Source of the DNA: an uncultured Actinomycetota bacterium
Lineage (GTDB): Bacteria; Actinomycetota; Actinomycetes; Streptosporangiales; Streptosporangiaceae
NCBI GenBank assembly: GCA_963720595.1
Contig: CAVRFY010000005.1
Location: forward strand, 1,615,733-1,679,732
Length of the DNA stretch: 64,000 nucleotides
Reading direction: 5' to 3'
Part shown: positions 1 through 10,857 of the stretch, in pieces
Layout: every line of letters starts with the position of its first letter
Position numbering within the stretch: the first letter of the stretch is position 1
Notes under the pieces: model-generated
The model's database searches: none
Told to the model about the DNA's origin: nothing
What the model saw: only the letters and a program-made list of their open reading frames with translations
Program-made: the position numbers and the translations under genes

Positions 1-160
1 GGTCATCGACCCGGCCAGGCCAAGGGCGTGACCAAGCGCGTCGAGCACTCGGGTCATCGGCCCGCCTCCCGCCCGGCTCCGATCGGCTGGTCCCGCAGGT
101 TATCGCACCCGGGCCTGGCCCGATCAGGGGCAGGGCAGGAAGCCGGGATCCGCCTGCCGG

Positions 161-2284
161 TTACCTTGCGTCGGAGCCGACGGTCTCCAGCTCACCGGTC
201 AGGTCCTCATCGCGCTGAGGCTCACGCGCCAGCCGGCTCGGCCACCACACCTTGCTGCCGATGTCCAGGTTGAGCGCGGTGACGAGGACCGACCTGACGA
301 TGATGCTGTCCAGCAGCACGCCGAAGGCGACGGCGAAACCCAATTCGGTCAGGAACGTGATCGGCAGCGTGCCCAGCACGGCGAACGTGCCGGCCAGCAC
401 CACCCCAGCCGAGGTGATCACGCCGCCGGTAGCCGCCAGGGCGATGAGCGCGCCCCGCCGGGTGCCGTGCCGCTTGGTTTCCTCCCTGACCCTGGTCATC
501 AGGAAGATGTTGTAGTCGATGCCGAGCGCAACGAGGAAGACAAACACGAACAACGGGAACGAGGTGTCCGCGCCGCCGAAATGGAACAGGTTATTGAACA
601 CCAGCGCGCTGACACCGAGTGCCGCCCCGAACGAGAGAACCACGGTGGCGATCAGCATGATCGGCGCGACGATGGCCCGCAGCAGCAAGGCCAGGATGAG
701 GAAGACGACGGCCAGGATCACCGGGATGATCACATCCCGGTCATGTGCCGCCGCCCGCTGAACGTCCAAGTTGACGGCCGTATTGCCGCCGACCAGCGCG
801 TGAGCTCCGGGCACCGCATGCACGGCCGCACGCACCCGATCGATGGCCGTATACGCCGCCTGACTGTCGGGCGGCATCTTCAGCGTGCCGTCGATGAAGG
901 CATGACTGCCGTGGACCTGCGGCTGGGTAACGCCCGTGATGCCGGGCACGCCGGCCAACGCCGTTCGCAGCTGCGCGGACGCTGCCGGGCTGCCGACGAC
1001 CACTACCGGCTGGCCCACGCCCGCGGGGAAGTTCCGGTCGAGCACCTGCTGCCCGATGACGGAGTCAGGGTGATGACCGCTGAAGGACTGCGCGGCGGTC
1101 AGGCCACTGGCCTTCAAGCCGGTCAGCCCGATCGCCATCACGCCCAGGACCAGTGCCGTGGTGACCCAGACCACGCGCGGTCGTAGCGCCACCCGGCGGC
1201 CGACGCGAGCCCAGACTCCGCTGCTGGTCGGCTCGGCCGAGCCGAACTTCGGCCGGACCGGCCAGAAGATCCACCGCCCGAAGATCACGAGCAGCGCCGG
1301 CAGCAGCGTGATCATGGCGACCAGAGCCACGCCGACGCCGATGGCCAGCACGGGGCCCATGCCCTTGGTGGAGTTCAGTTCCGCGATCGTCAGCGTCAGC
1401 AGGCTCAGGATGACGGTTCCGGCGCTCGCGATGATCGCCGGGCCGGCCCGGCGCAGCGCCACGGCCATGGCCTCGTGCCGGTCCTCATGACGGCGCAGTT
1501 CCTCGCGATACCTGGCCGTCAGCAGCAGCGCGTAGTCGGTTCCCGCGCCGAAAACCAGCACGTTCAAGATGCCGGCGGACTGGCCGTTCACGGTCAGGCC
1601 GGCATGCGCGGCCAGCAGGTAGATCAGTGCCTCCGCGCTGGTCAGCGCGATACCTGCGGTGATCACGGGCAGCAGCCAGAGCACCGGGCTGCGGTAGGTG
1701 ATCAGCAGCAGCACGATGACGACCGCGAGCGTGGCGAAGAGCAGCGTGCTGTCAATTCCGCTGAACGACTTGGCCGAATCGGCCGCGCTGCCTAGCGGGC
1801 CGGTAATGTGCACGGTCACGCCGTTGTTGCCCGACTGGGCGATCGAGCGCAGCTTGTCGACTGCCGCGGTGGCTCCGTTCCAGCCCTTGGAGCCCAGGTT
1901 AACGGGGACGACCGTCTGGGCGGCCCTGCCGTCGGACGCGAAAAACGGGCCGGCGACCTGGTGCCGCACGACGCCGTGCACGCCCGCGAACAAGGCGACA
2001 TCCCGCATGGCCTGCTGCCGGTCGGCGGCTGTCAGCGCTCCCGGCCGGCTGTAGACCACCACGGCGGGGAAGACGTTCGGCGACTCGAACGTCGACTGCA
2101 GTCTCAGCACCTGCGTTGACTCGGCCTTGGCGGGCAGCCAGGACTGGGCGTCGTTTTTCTCCGCACCGGTCAGCTTGCCAGACAGCGATCCGGCAACCGC
2201 CGCTACGATCAGCCAGAAGACCAGGACCGCCCATTTGGTCCGGCGGCCGCCGGGCAGGCGCACCAGGGCGCGGGCCTTGCTCAT
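161..2284 (-). CDS. MMPL-family (RND superfamily) membrane transporter
   Basis: ORF 161..2362. Long hydrophobic protein with a duplicated MMPL core (GAGTDYALLLTARYREE and ALGIDYNIFLMTRVREE). I prefer the ATG at 2284 (MSKARALV) to the ORF-track start. Confidence 0.85.
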   Translation of the reverse strand: MSKARALVRLPGGRRTKWAVLVFWLIVAAVAGSLSGKLTGAEKNDAQSWLPAKAESTQVLRLQSTFESPNVFPAVVVYSRPGALTAADRQQAMRDVALFAGVHGVVRHQVAGPFFASDGRAAQTVVPVNLGSKGWNGATAAVDKLRSIAQSGNNGVTVHITGPLGSAADSAKSFSGIDSTLLFATLAVVIVLLLITYRSPVLWLLPVITAGIALTSAEALIYLLAAHAGLTVNGQSAGILNVLVFGAGTDYALLLTARYREELRRHEDRHEAMAVALRRAGPAIIASAGTVILSLLTLTIAELNSTKGMGPVLAIGVGVALVAMITLLPALLVIFGRWIFWPVRPKFGSAEPTSSGVWARVGRRVALRPRVVWVTTALVLGVMAIGLTGLKASGLTAAQSFSGHHPDSVIGQQVLDRNFPAGVGQPVVVVGSPAASAQLRTALAGVPGITGVTQPQVHGSHAFIDGTLKMPPDSQAAYTAIDRVRAAVHAVPGAHALVGGNTAVNLDVQRAAAHDRDVIIPVILAVVFLILALLLRAIVAPIMLIATVVLSFGAALGVSALVFNNLFHFGGADTSFPLFVFVFLVALGIDYNIFLMTRVREETKRHGTRRGALIALAATGGVITSAGVVLAGTFAVLGTLPITFLTELGFAVAFGVLLDSIIVRSVLVTALNLDIGSKVWWPSRLAREPQRDEDLTGELETVGSDAR

Positions 2285-2514
2285 CGCTCCAACTCCCCCA
2301 TCATCTCGGTTGCACCGGTCAAGGTCAGCCCGCGTCATCTCACGACCACAAGGCCAGAACAAGTTATATCTCGATTCGCCTGAGGGTCACAAGTTGAATC
2401 TGGCGCACCTGCCGGTGCGGCGGCAGCCTGTCTCGGGCTTCCCCGGTACGCTGCTGCTGGCGCGCCGGGAAGCCTCGTCGGCGGACTTCGTGATCGAATG
2501 GTGAGGTCAACGCC

Positions 2515-4096
2515 GTGCGCGGTGTCGAAACTGTCCTGTTCCTCGTCGTGCTGGGCACCATAGTCGCGGTCTTCGCCCGGCGGCTTCGGATCCCCGCGCC
2601 ATCTCTGCTCGTCATCGCCGGGATCGTGGTCGGCCTGCTACCCGCGGTGCCGCCGATCCGGGTGTCACCTGACGTGGTCAGCCTGGTTGTGCTGCCGCCC
2701 CTACTTTACGCCGCGAGCGAGGAACTGCCGTGGCGGGATCTACGTGCAGTATGGCGGCCCGTGACCGTCCTGGCGGTGGGCCTGGTGCTGGCCTCGGCGG
2801 GCGCGGTTGCCATCGTGACCGGGGTCATCGCTGGCGTCCCGGCCAGCATGGCCTTCGTGCTCGGCGCCGTGCTGGCCAGCACGGATCCGGTCGCGGTCAG
2901 TGCGCTGGGCCGCCGCCTGTCGCTGCCTGCCAAGATCCAGGCGCTGGTACAAGGCGAAAGCCTATTCAACGACGCCACCAGCCTGGTGCTGTTCCAGATC
3001 GCGGTCTCGATCGCGGTCGGCGGAGCGTCGGCCGGTACCTCGGCCGCCGGCATCTTGCTGAAGGCGGCAGGCCAGTTCGCGATCCTGGCGGCGGGCGGTG
3101 CCGCGGCCGGGGCCCTGATCGCAGGCGGGGTCATCCTGGTGCGCCGGCGAGTTGCGCGACCCGGTACTGGAGACCGTGCTGGCGCTGGTCACTCCGTACG
3201 CGGCGTACGTGCTCGGCCAGGTTGCGCATGTCTCTCCGGTGACGACGGTGATCGTCGCCGGGCTGGCCATCGGTAGCTGGCGGACGAGCATCACGACCGC
3301 CGCCACCAGGCTGCAGGTGCGGGCGTTCTACCAGACCATCATCTTCCTGCTGGAGAGCGTCGTCTTCAGCCTCATCGGCCTGCAGTTGCCCGTCCTGATC
3401 CGCTCCCTCACCCAGGCCGTGGCGTGGCCGGCCATCGCGCTGGCGGTCTTCGGGACGCTGGTCGCGACCCGGGTCTTGTGGGTCTTCCCGCTGTCCGCCG
3501 TCATGCAGCGGCGCCAGGGCACGCGCCGCCCTTCCTGGTCGGCGCCCGCCGTGGTGTCCTGGGCCGGGACCCGAGGCGTGGTCCCGCTCGCGGCGGCCTT
3601 GTCGATACCTCTCGCCGCTGACAGCGGCGCTCCGCTGCCGCAGCGCGACCTGATCCTGGTCCTCACCACGACGGTCATCGTGATCTCGCTGATCGTGCAG
3701 GGACTGACGCTCGAATCGCTGGCCAGGTTCACCGGTGTCGCAAGGCGGCCGGACGCCGGGCACGAGGAAACGGTCGCCAGGCTGCGGCTGGCGGAGGCAG
3801 CGCTGAGCCGCCTCGATGAGCTTGCCGACAGCCACGTCGCGCCCGACGAGGCGATCGACCGCGCCCGCGTCCAGCTGGAGACGCGCCTCGGCCAGGCCAG
3901 GGCGCACGCGGCCGGGGCGCGGGCCGAGGAGCACGGCGGCCTGACCGACCGGCAGCTGGCACGCGACCTGATCGCGGCGCAGAACGCCGAACTGGCCGGC
4001 CTGTTCGACAGCGGCGTGATCGGCGACGCGACCCGCCAGCGGCTGCAGCACTCGCTGGACCTCGAAGCGGCCAGGCTCGGCGATAGCCAGCCCTAG
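2515..4096 (+). pseudogene. CPA1/NhaP-type Na+/H+ antiporter, reading frame broken near 3140-3155
   Basis: ORFs 2515..3276 (frame 1) and 3152..4096 (frame 2) together read as one cation/proton exchanger (ASTDPVAVSALG, GESLFNDATSLVLF, then RDPVLETVLALVTPYAAYVLG, GTRGVVPLAAALSIP). The frame-1 product turns to nonsense after VILVRRR. Confidence 0.75.
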
Positions 4097-4157
4097 CGAA
4101 CGGTCGCGGACCGTGCGGTAGCCTCACGGCACGCCGGGGTCGATGGAGGTAGCGCCG

Positions 4158-5339
4158 ATGCTCCCGCTCGAGGGGATCACGGTCGTCGCACTAGAGCAAG
4201 CGGTGGCCGCGCCGTTCGCCACCCGCCAGCTCGCCGATCTCGGCGCCAGGGTCATCAAGATCGAGCGCCCGGAGACCGGTGACTTCGCCCGCCACTACGA
4301 CCGGTCCGTGCTGGGCCAGGCAAGTTACTTCGTGTGGCTGAACCGGGGCAAGGAATCCGTCGAGCTCGATGTCAAGAGCGAGGCAGGGCGGGCCACCATG
4401 GCCGCCTTGCTCGGCCGGGCCGACGTCTTCGTGCAGAACCTGGCCCCCGGCGCCGCCGAGCGGCTGGGCCTGGGCGCGGAACCGCTGCGTGCCCGCTACC
4501 CGCGGCTGATCTGCTGCTCGGTCTCCGGCTACGGACCCGGCGGCCCGTACGAGCGCAAGAAGGCATATGACCTGCTCGTCCAGTGCGAGGCCGGCCTGCT
4601 CTCGGTGACCGGAACGCCGGACGAGCCCGCTAAAGCCGGGATATCGGTGGCTGACATCGCCGCCGGAATGTATGCCTACACCGGCGTGCTCACCGCGCTC
4701 TACGAGCGCGAACGCACCGGGCACGGCTCGAGCTTCGACGTCTCGCTGCTCGATGCGCTCGGCGAGTGGATGAGTCAGCCGTACTACTACTCCGTCTATG
4801 GCGAGCACGCCCCGGCCAGGACCGGATCCAGGCACGCCTCCATCTCCCCGTACGGCCCCTACTCGGTCGCGGGCGGCCGGGTGTTCCTCGGATTGCAGAA
4901 TGACCGGGAGTGGGTCGTGCTCTGCGAGCGCGTGCTGCGACGCCCCGAGCTCAGCACCGACCGGCGCTTCGCGACCAATCCCGACCGGGTGACCAACGAC
5001 GGCGAGCTGACAAAGATCATCGAGCACGCGTTCAGCTCACTCTCCCCCGACGAGGTGACCGCGCTGCTAGACGAGGCCGGCATCGCGAACGCCCGGTTGC
5101 GGACGCCAGCCGAGTTCGGCGCGCACCCGCAGCTAACAGCCAGGGATCGCTGGCGCGAGGTAGCCACTCCAGCCGGCCCGGTCAGGGCCTTGGTGCCGCC
5201 GGTTACCGCGCCTGGCAGGGAAGCGATCATGGGTGCTGTCCCACGGCTCGGCCAGCACACCGCCGCGGTCCTGGCCGAACTCGCGGACCCGGCGGAGGAT
5301 GGCCAGATGAGCGGTCCGACGATCACGGGCGAGCGGTGA
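4158..5339 (+). CDS. Family III CoA-transferase (CaiB/BaiF type)
   Basis: ORF 4143..5339. N-terminus LEGITVVALEQAVAAPFATRQLADLGARVIKIERPETGD is typical of the family. The ATG at 4158 has GGAGG 8 nt upstream. Confidence 0.85.
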   Translation: MLPLEGITVVALEQAVAAPFATRQLADLGARVIKIERPETGDFARHYDRSVLGQASYFVWLNRGKESVELDVKSEAGRATMAALLGRADVFVQNLAPGAAERLGLGAEPLRARYPRLICCSVSGYGPGGPYERKKAYDLLVQCEAGLLSVTGTPDEPAKAGISVADIAAGMYAYTGVLTALYERERTGHGSSFDVSLLDALGEWMSQPYYYSVYGEHAPARTGSRHASISPYGPYSVAGGRVFLGLQNDREWVVLCERVLRRPELSTDRRFATNPDRVTNDGELTKIIEHAFSSLSPDEVTALLDEAGIANARLRTPAEFGAHPQLTARDRWREVATPAGPVRALVPPVTAPGREAIMGAVPRLGQHTAAVLAELADPAEDGQMSGPTITGER

Positions 5340-5855
5340 CCGCGGGCCCGGCAGAGTCACCGTGGGCGGCCAGCCTGGCGGCCGGCTCATCGGTCACCAG
5401 CAAGATCCTGGATGCCAGCGCCGGCGACGACAGGTTCGGCTCCGCGCTCCTCGCCCGCGCCGACAGGCGGTGGCAGCCTCGGCGCGGGCCGTCGACGGCG
5501 ACGACGCGGCGCTGACCGCCATCGCCACGCCGGAAGCTGCGCACTGGCTGATGTATCCCGTCAGGAAGCGCTGGCGGGTGGCGCCGGGCCTGCGGTCGAG
5601 ATCTGGGCCTCGACGCTGCCATCGACCCGCCGCGACTCCGGGTGAAGTTCGTGTTCGCCGGGCGCCGACGCTTCGACAGCCAGGAACAGCCCGCGGACGC
5701 CGACCAGGAAACGGGCTTCGTCTCAGTTCCGCGGTGGCAATCGAGGCATACAGCGAGTCCGCGCCGACTCGCGTGCAGGCCGTCGATCTTGTCTGGCCCG
5801 CGATCGAACTCGAGATCACGCGTGCTCTCGGAGCGGGAGACTGGCGACCGGCCAG

Positions 5856-6899
5856 CTAGGTCACCTCCATCGCATCGGCGGTGAGGTCAGTCCCCGCTGC
5901 ACCGCCGGCCTGGTCGGAGTACCACCAGGCGGTCGAGGAGATGTCGTCGCGCAGCGGCAGGTAGCGGCCATTCGCGCGCCAGCCGAGTGCCTGCACGGTC
6001 ACGCGGATGTCCGCCGCGAAACGGATCGGATCGGGCAGATGCCATCGGTACATTCCGAAACGCTGCTGGCTGCGGTACAAGCCGTCGGGGCGCAGGACCT
6101 GCGGTAGACCGAGATAGGGCGTGCTGTAGGCCGTATAGCCCTGGCCTGGCACGTCGAAGTTCCAGGCGCCGCCAAAATAGTCTTCCGTTCCTGTTCCGCA
6201 AATGGTCGGAGAATCATCGTCGCCATCGAGGTAGAACTTGACCTCGCCCTCGCCCCACCAGCCAGAGCTATGTGACCCCCAGGCCAGGTAGGTTCCCGCG
6301 TAATGCCCGCGCCCGCGGACGCCGTCGAGGATGGTATGCACCTCGCGATCGGCGAGCGGATTGCTTCTGCGCCATTGCGCGTGCAGAAAACCCGCCTGCT
6401 CGTCGACCTCGGCAAGCTCATAGTCGATCTGGTAGTAGACCACCGCGCCGCTCTCGCCCATGTTCTCAAGTTCGATGCGAGCCCTGCTGCGATACGGCAT
6501 CTCCCAGTAGCTGTTGAATCCGCCATGCGGGTTCACCGCGACGACTGCCGAGTTGACGTGGGCGTACTCGCACCAGCCCTGGCAGAAGAAGTCGCCGAGC
6601 GGTACCGCCACGGCAGGCGAGGTCGCATCGTCCCATCTGGCGCGCAGCACCAGTGATCGCCAGTGCCCGGGATGAGTGGTCAGCCAGACATGCCGGATCA
6701 CCCCCGGCCCCGCGATGTCGGCGAGCGTCACGACCTGGCCGGCCGGAATCTCGATGCTCGGCGAGACCTTCCAGCCAGGACCGAGGTCCCTGGCGGCGGC
6801 GGCTCCGGTGCCCTGGACGGCCGCGGCACCCGCGCCCTTACCGCCGGTCAGGTTCTCCGGGCTCACCGCGCGGCTGCGCCCGGCCGTCAGCGTCGACAT
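5856..6899 (-). CDS. DUF2961 / glycoside hydrolase family 172-like protein
   Basis: ORF 5856..6995. Motifs SPENLTGGKG, IRHVWLT, DFFCQGW, NSYWEMPY, YYQIDY and GTEDYFGGAW fit DUF2961. Start taken at ATG 6899 (MSTLTAG). Confidence 0.75.
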   Translation of the reverse strand: MSTLTAGRSRAVSPENLTGGKGAGAAAVQGTGAAAARDLGPGWKVSPSIEIPAGQVVTLADIAGPGVIRHVWLTTHPGHWRSLVLRARWDDATSPAVAVPLGDFFCQGWCEYAHVNSAVVAVNPHGGFNSYWEMPYRSRARIELENMGESGAVVYYQIDYELAEVDEQAGFLHAQWRRSNPLADREVHTILDGVRGRGHYAGTYLAWGSHSSGWWGEGEVKFYLDGDDDSPTICGTGTEDYFGGAWNFDVPGQGYTAYSTPYLGLPQVLRPDGLYRSQQRFGMYRWHLPDPIRFAADIRVTVQALGWRANGRYLPLRDDISSTAWWYSDQAGGAAGTDLTADAMEVT

Positions 6900-7093
6900 T
6901 CCGCTGCTCCAGCGATTCTCGCCCACCGCTGCTCCTTCGCGATCAGGCCGGCCCGGGTGCCACCTGGCACCTCGATCCTGCCGTCCGCGCCGCACCCGTG
7001 CTCGGTGACATGCCGGACCTGGCGCCCGCGAGAGTGGTTAGCTTGACCGGGCGTCGGGCCCTGACGTCCAGTCAGCAGTAGGGAGCGAGCGGC

Positions 7094-7912
7094 ATGCTGG
7101 TGCTGGTCTCCGTTGACATGGAAGGAATCGCCGGCGTAGTCGACGGCGAGGACGTCAGTCCCGGCCACGGTGAGTACGACAGGAACCGCGGGCTGATCAC
7201 GGCAGAGGCGAACGCCGCCGTCCGCGGCGTCTTCGCTTGCGAGCCCGGTGCGCGGGTGCTCGTGACGGAAGCGCACGGCAACTTCCGCAACCTGCTGCCC
7301 GAACTGCTCGACCGCCGCGCCGAGTTGCTGCGCGGCAAGCCGAAGCCGGACGGGATGCTGGCGGGCCTGGCGGCCGACGTCGACGCCGTGCTGTTCATCG
7401 GCTACCACGGCAAGGCCGGCACGGGCCGGTCTGTCCTGGCCCACACCATCCATGGCGGCGTGATCGCCGACGTCCGCTGCGACGGCCGATCCCTCGGCGA
7501 GCTCGGCCTGAACACCGCGCTGGCCGCACACCGGGGCGTTGCCGCCGTGCTTGTGGCCGGCGATGACAGCGTGGCCGCGGAAGCCGCCGACGTGGCGCCC
7601 GGCATGCACGCGGTCATCGTCAAGCGGGCGCTCGGCGCGCGCGCGGCCGCGCTCCTGCATCCCGACGAGGCCTGCGACCGGATCGAGGCCGAGGTGCCGA
7701 AGGCGCTAGCCGACCGGGAGTCGGTGCGGCCGCTGCGCTTCGACGGGCCGGTCGTCCTCGAGGTGGACGTGCTGCGCCCAGACCAGACCGAGCGAGCGCA
7801 GCTGATCCCGGGAATCGAGCTGACTGGCGGCCGGACCCTGCGGTACGCCGCTCCCGACTACCCGACGGCCTACCAGGTCACCCAGCTCATCGCGATGCTC
7901 GGCGGCATCTGA
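7094..7912 (+). CDS. M55 family metallopeptidase (DppA-type D-aminopeptidase)
   Basis: SVDMEGIAGVV, TAEANAAVRGV, VTEAHGNFRN, FIGYHGKAG and VAGDDSVAAEA match the DppA/M55 pattern. Confidence 0.8.
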   Translation: MLVLVSVDMEGIAGVVDGEDVSPGHGEYDRNRGLITAEANAAVRGVFACEPGARVLVTEAHGNFRNLLPELLDRRAELLRGKPKPDGMLAGLAADVDAVLFIGYHGKAGTGRSVLAHTIHGGVIADVRCDGRSLGELGLNTALAAHRGVAAVLVAGDDSVAAEAADVAPGMHAVIVKRALGARAAALLHPDEACDRIEAEVPKALADRESVRPLRFDGPVVLEVDVLRPDQTERAQLIPGIELTGGRTLRYAAPDYPTAYQVTQLIAMLGGI

Positions 7913-7991
7913 CGATCCGGCCGCCGCGAGCCCGACCAGGCGACCGCCGCGGCGCTGCGATCGCAATCCCGCCGTGTCATGATCCTGTCCT

Positions 7992-8798
7992 GTGGATGAC
8001 CGTCCAGCAGAACGCGCGGCCCTGGCTGCGACCTTTACCCACCGCGGCGTGGCGACCGCTTACCGGTACCGCCCGCCGTATCCGGCCGAAGTATTCGGCA
8101 TCCTGGAGCGACTGATCACCGACCGGCCGCGCACGGTCCTCGATCTTGGGACAGGCGAGGGCGCACTCGCGCGGCCGCTGGCGAGCATCGCGGACCAGGT
8201 CGACGCGATTGACATCTCGGCAGCGATGGTCGAGACCGGCCGCCGCCGGCCCGGCGGCGCGCAGGCGAATCTGCGCTGGATCGTCGGCCCGGCCGAGACA
8301 GCCGAGCTTGGCGGCCCATACGCGCTGGTGACTGCGGGCGCGAGCCTGCACTGGATGTCGTGGCCGCGGACGCTGCCGCGGGTGGCTGCTGCGATGACCG
8401 AGCACGCCTGCCTGGCGATCGTCGAGCACGGGCCGCATGAACTTCCCTGGAGCGAAGAGCTGACCGGGATCATCGCGCGGCACTCCCGCAATCCTGACTA
8501 CGATCCTGGCTTCTCGCTGGTCAGCGCGCTGTCGCAGAGCGGGCTCTTCGTGCTCTCCGGCCGAGTCAGGACCGAGCCGGTCCTGTTCAGCCAGCCCGTT
8601 GCTGAATACGTCGAGCAATTCCATTCCACCGCGAGCCTGGCGCGCGAGCTCATGCCGGTCGAGGAATCCGCGGCCTTCGGACGGGCCATCTCCGATCTGG
8701 TCCGGCCGTACGCGGTGGACGAGGTCCTCCAGATCGCTGTCGTCGCCGATATCGCATGGGGTCGCACTGGTCAGGCCCGCGGTGCCAGGCCGGCGTAA
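7992..8798 (+). CDS. Class I SAM-dependent methyltransferase
   Basis: Motif I VLDLGTGEGALARPLA followed by VDAIDISAAMV. Confidence 0.7.
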   Translation: MDDRPAERAALAATFTHRGVATAYRYRPPYPAEVFGILERLITDRPRTVLDLGTGEGALARPLASIADQVDAIDISAAMVETGRRRPGGAQANLRWIVGPAETAELGGPYALVTAGASLHWMSWPRTLPRVAAAMTEHACLAIVEHGPHELPWSEELTGIIARHSRNPDYDPGFSLVSALSQSGLFVLSGRVRTEPVLFSQPVAEYVEQFHSTASLARELMPVEESAAFGRAISDLVRPYAVDEVLQIAVVADIAWGRTGQARGARPA

Positions 8799-8807
8799 GG
8801 TTCGCAT

Positions 8808-9284
8808 GTGAACGATCGTGGACCGCGGCTGAGCCGGTCGCTGCGCGAGGAACTCGACCAGCGCCAGCGGGCCGCCCTGGCGAGCTGGATCGCCTTTACC
8901 GGCACCTTCGGCGCGGTCCGCGGCATCACCTGGAGTATCAGGGCCGGGCACGGCCCGTTCGGGAACATCAAGGCAGGCGGCGAGCACCTGCACCACTACC
9001 TGTGGGGCATCGGGATGCTCGCCGGCGTCGGAGCGGTCGCCGTGCGCGGCACCGACCGGCTGCGGTCCCATCCGGGCGTCGCGATCTGCTACGGCAGCGG
9101 CCTGGCCCTGGTCGTCGACGAGTTCGCGCTGCTGCTCGACCTGAAGGATGTCTACTGGGCGCGACAGGGGCGGATCTCGGTCGATCTCGGCGTCGGCGGG
9201 ATCGCGGTGGCCGGATCGTACTTCGCGGCCCTGCCAGCGCTGCGCGCGCTGCGCCACGACCGTCGCGCCGCCGCCCGGCGATAG
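8808..9284 (+). CDS. Hypothetical integral membrane protein
   Basis: 158-aa ORF with several hydrophobic helices and high third-position GC. No recognisable family. Confidence 0.5.
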   Translation: MNDRGPRLSRSLREELDQRQRAALASWIAFTGTFGAVRGITWSIRAGHGPFGNIKAGGEHLHHYLWGIGMLAGVGAVAVRGTDRLRSHPGVAICYGSGLALVVDEFALLLDLKDVYWARQGRISVDLGVGGIAVAGSYFAALPALRALRHDRRAAARR

Positions 9285-9315
9285 CTGAACTCCCCAACCG
9301 CGGGAATGGGCGCGC

Positions 9316-10047
9316 TCAGTACAACGTGCCTGACATCTGCTGATCAGCTTCCGCCAGGCCGAAGAGCGGGCGGCAGGCATCGAAGCCACTGATCTCGATG
9401 CCCTGGGCACCGTCGCCGGCCACCCAGTCAGCGCGCGCCAGGCGCATGTGCACCATCACGTCGACCTGGTCGCCGCGCGCCTGGTAATGCTCACCGTTCC
9501 AGCGATACCCCACCGCCCTGGATACTCCCAGCGAGGCGTGGTTGTCATGCCAGGCCGAGGTGATAGCCGCCCGCGCGGCCATCGGTCCGAAGGCCAGCGC
9601 GAGCACCGCGCGCCGCATCTGCTTGCCGTAACCGCGGCCACGCGCGGGCTGGACGAGGAAGGAGGAGGTATCGACCGTGCGGAGAGTCGGGAAGTCGTTG
9701 CCCTCGAGTTCCTGGAAGCCGACGATCTCCTCAGCCGCCGAGACGACGAAGCCGAGTCGCCAGGCCCCTGGCCGCCATGTGCCGACCGAACGCCAGTACT
9801 CCTGGTGCAGGACGATGCCGCGGCGGAGGTGATCGTCGGCGATCGCGTACCTGGTGGCGGCCGGATCCTGCTCGACGTCCGCGGGCAGCAGATCCGCCAT
9901 TGCGCCGAGGTCGGCCTCGGTCATCGGGCGCAGCGTCAGGTCGGGTGCTGTCAGCCGCAGGTCGAACAGCGGCCAGTAGCCGGGTGTCACACGGCGACCG
10001 TAGGAGAGGCCGGCGGCCAGGCGCAACACCATATCGGCGCCACCCAT
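9316..10047 (-). CDS. GNAT family N-acetyltransferase
   Basis: ORF 9316..10446. GNAT core FLVQPARGRGYGKQMRRAVLALAF. Start placed at ATG 10047 or 10032, because the upstream part of the ORF is Arg/Pro-rich nonsense. Confidence 0.7.
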   Translation of the reverse strand: MGGADMVLRLAAGLSYGRRVTPGYWPLFDLRLTAPDLTLRPMTEADLGAMADLLPADVEQDPAATRYAIADDHLRRGIVLHQEYWRSVGTWRPGAWRLGFVVSAAEEIVGFQELEGNDFPTLRTVDTSSFLVQPARGRGYGKQMRRAVLALAFGPMAARAAITSAWHDNHASLGVSRAVGYRWNGEHYQARGDQVDVMVHMRLARADWVAGDGAQGIEISGFDACRPLFGLAEADQQMSGTLY

Positions 10048-10106
10048 CACCGGCCACCCATGACCGCCGACGTCTGCCGCCGCCGGTCGGCCCGGGCGCG
10101 GCTGAC

Positions 10107-10295
10107 TCACTTGCTGGGATGCGGGCACCCGACCTTCGGGTTGGCGCCGAGATAGTTCAGCGGTCCGGCCAGGACGGTGACGATGATGGTGCCGGTTCTG
10201 GCGCAGCCAGGGTCTGAGTTGTAGTAATGCCGCTGAGCTCCGGCGATCGCGCCGATGATCACCCAGACGATGAGCACGATTCCAAGGATCCGCAT
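10107..10295 (-). CDS. Small hypothetical membrane protein (62 aa)
   Basis: MRILGIVLIVWVIIGAIAGA is a TM helix. The ORF lies in the non-coding extension of the neighbouring ORF. No family assigned. Confidence 0.45.
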   Translation of the reverse strand: MRILGIVLIVWVIIGAIAGAQRHYYNSDPGCARTGTIIVTVLAGPLNYLGANPKVGCPHPSK

Positions 10296-10539
10296 GGAAG
10301 CCTCCGATCATCACGAGCGACGGCTGGGCCGCCCGGGCCGCGGCGGATCTAACGGGGGTGCTGGTGTCCGCCGCAGGCCGCCCGCAACTACCACCCGTTG
10401 CGCTACGTAAACGTCGCATTGCGGGCGTGACCGCCCCGCGGCGCATCGCGGCACGGGCCTGCGAGCGGCCAGCGGAGTGTTTAGGGGAATCTGAGCGGGC
10501 AGGGTCATGGGCTCACCGGCAGCAGAAGGAAGCAGTCCC

Positions 10540-10809
10540 ATGGTCGTCGTCTTCGCGGTGTTCTTGGTCGCCATGCTCCTGGCATTCCTCAAGCCGGAGG
10601 GACGGCCCGGCCGAATAGCCCGCGTGTCCGCTCTCCTCGCCCGCGCGAGCCAGACTGCCAGCACTGTGCTGGCCAACGGAACCGAGATCGTCGAGCGCGC
10701 CGCTGCCCACGTGGCCAGGGATCAGCACGGCCAGGTCGGCCTTGACCAGTTGCTGCACACCCCGCGCCCGGGCCAGGCCGATCCCTCCGACGCGAACCCC
10801 GAACCCTGA
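10540..10809 (+). CDS. Small hypothetical membrane-anchored protein
   Basis: ORF 10507..10809. From ATG 10540 (MVVVFAVFLVAMLLAFL) third-position GC is high. No family assigned. Confidence 0.35.
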   Translation: MVVVFAVFLVAMLLAFLKPEGRPGRIARVSALLARASQTASTVLANGTEIVERAAAHVARDQHGQVGLDQLLHTPRPGQADPSDANPEP

Positions 10810-10857
10810 CGTCCCGTCCCGCTTGCCCTTCCCTCCTTCCTTTATTTTGCCCTCCCG

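Noticed and set aside
1-57. Possible 5' end of a minus-strand gene (ATG at 57, MTRVLDALGHALGLAGS...) running off the window
   Set aside because: Only 19 codons are visible, which is too short to support a call.
7977-9410. 477-aa minus-strand ORF spanning the methyltransferase and membrane-protein genes
   Set aside because: Shadow ORF. No domain signal, and the plus-strand genes have proper motifs and codon bias.
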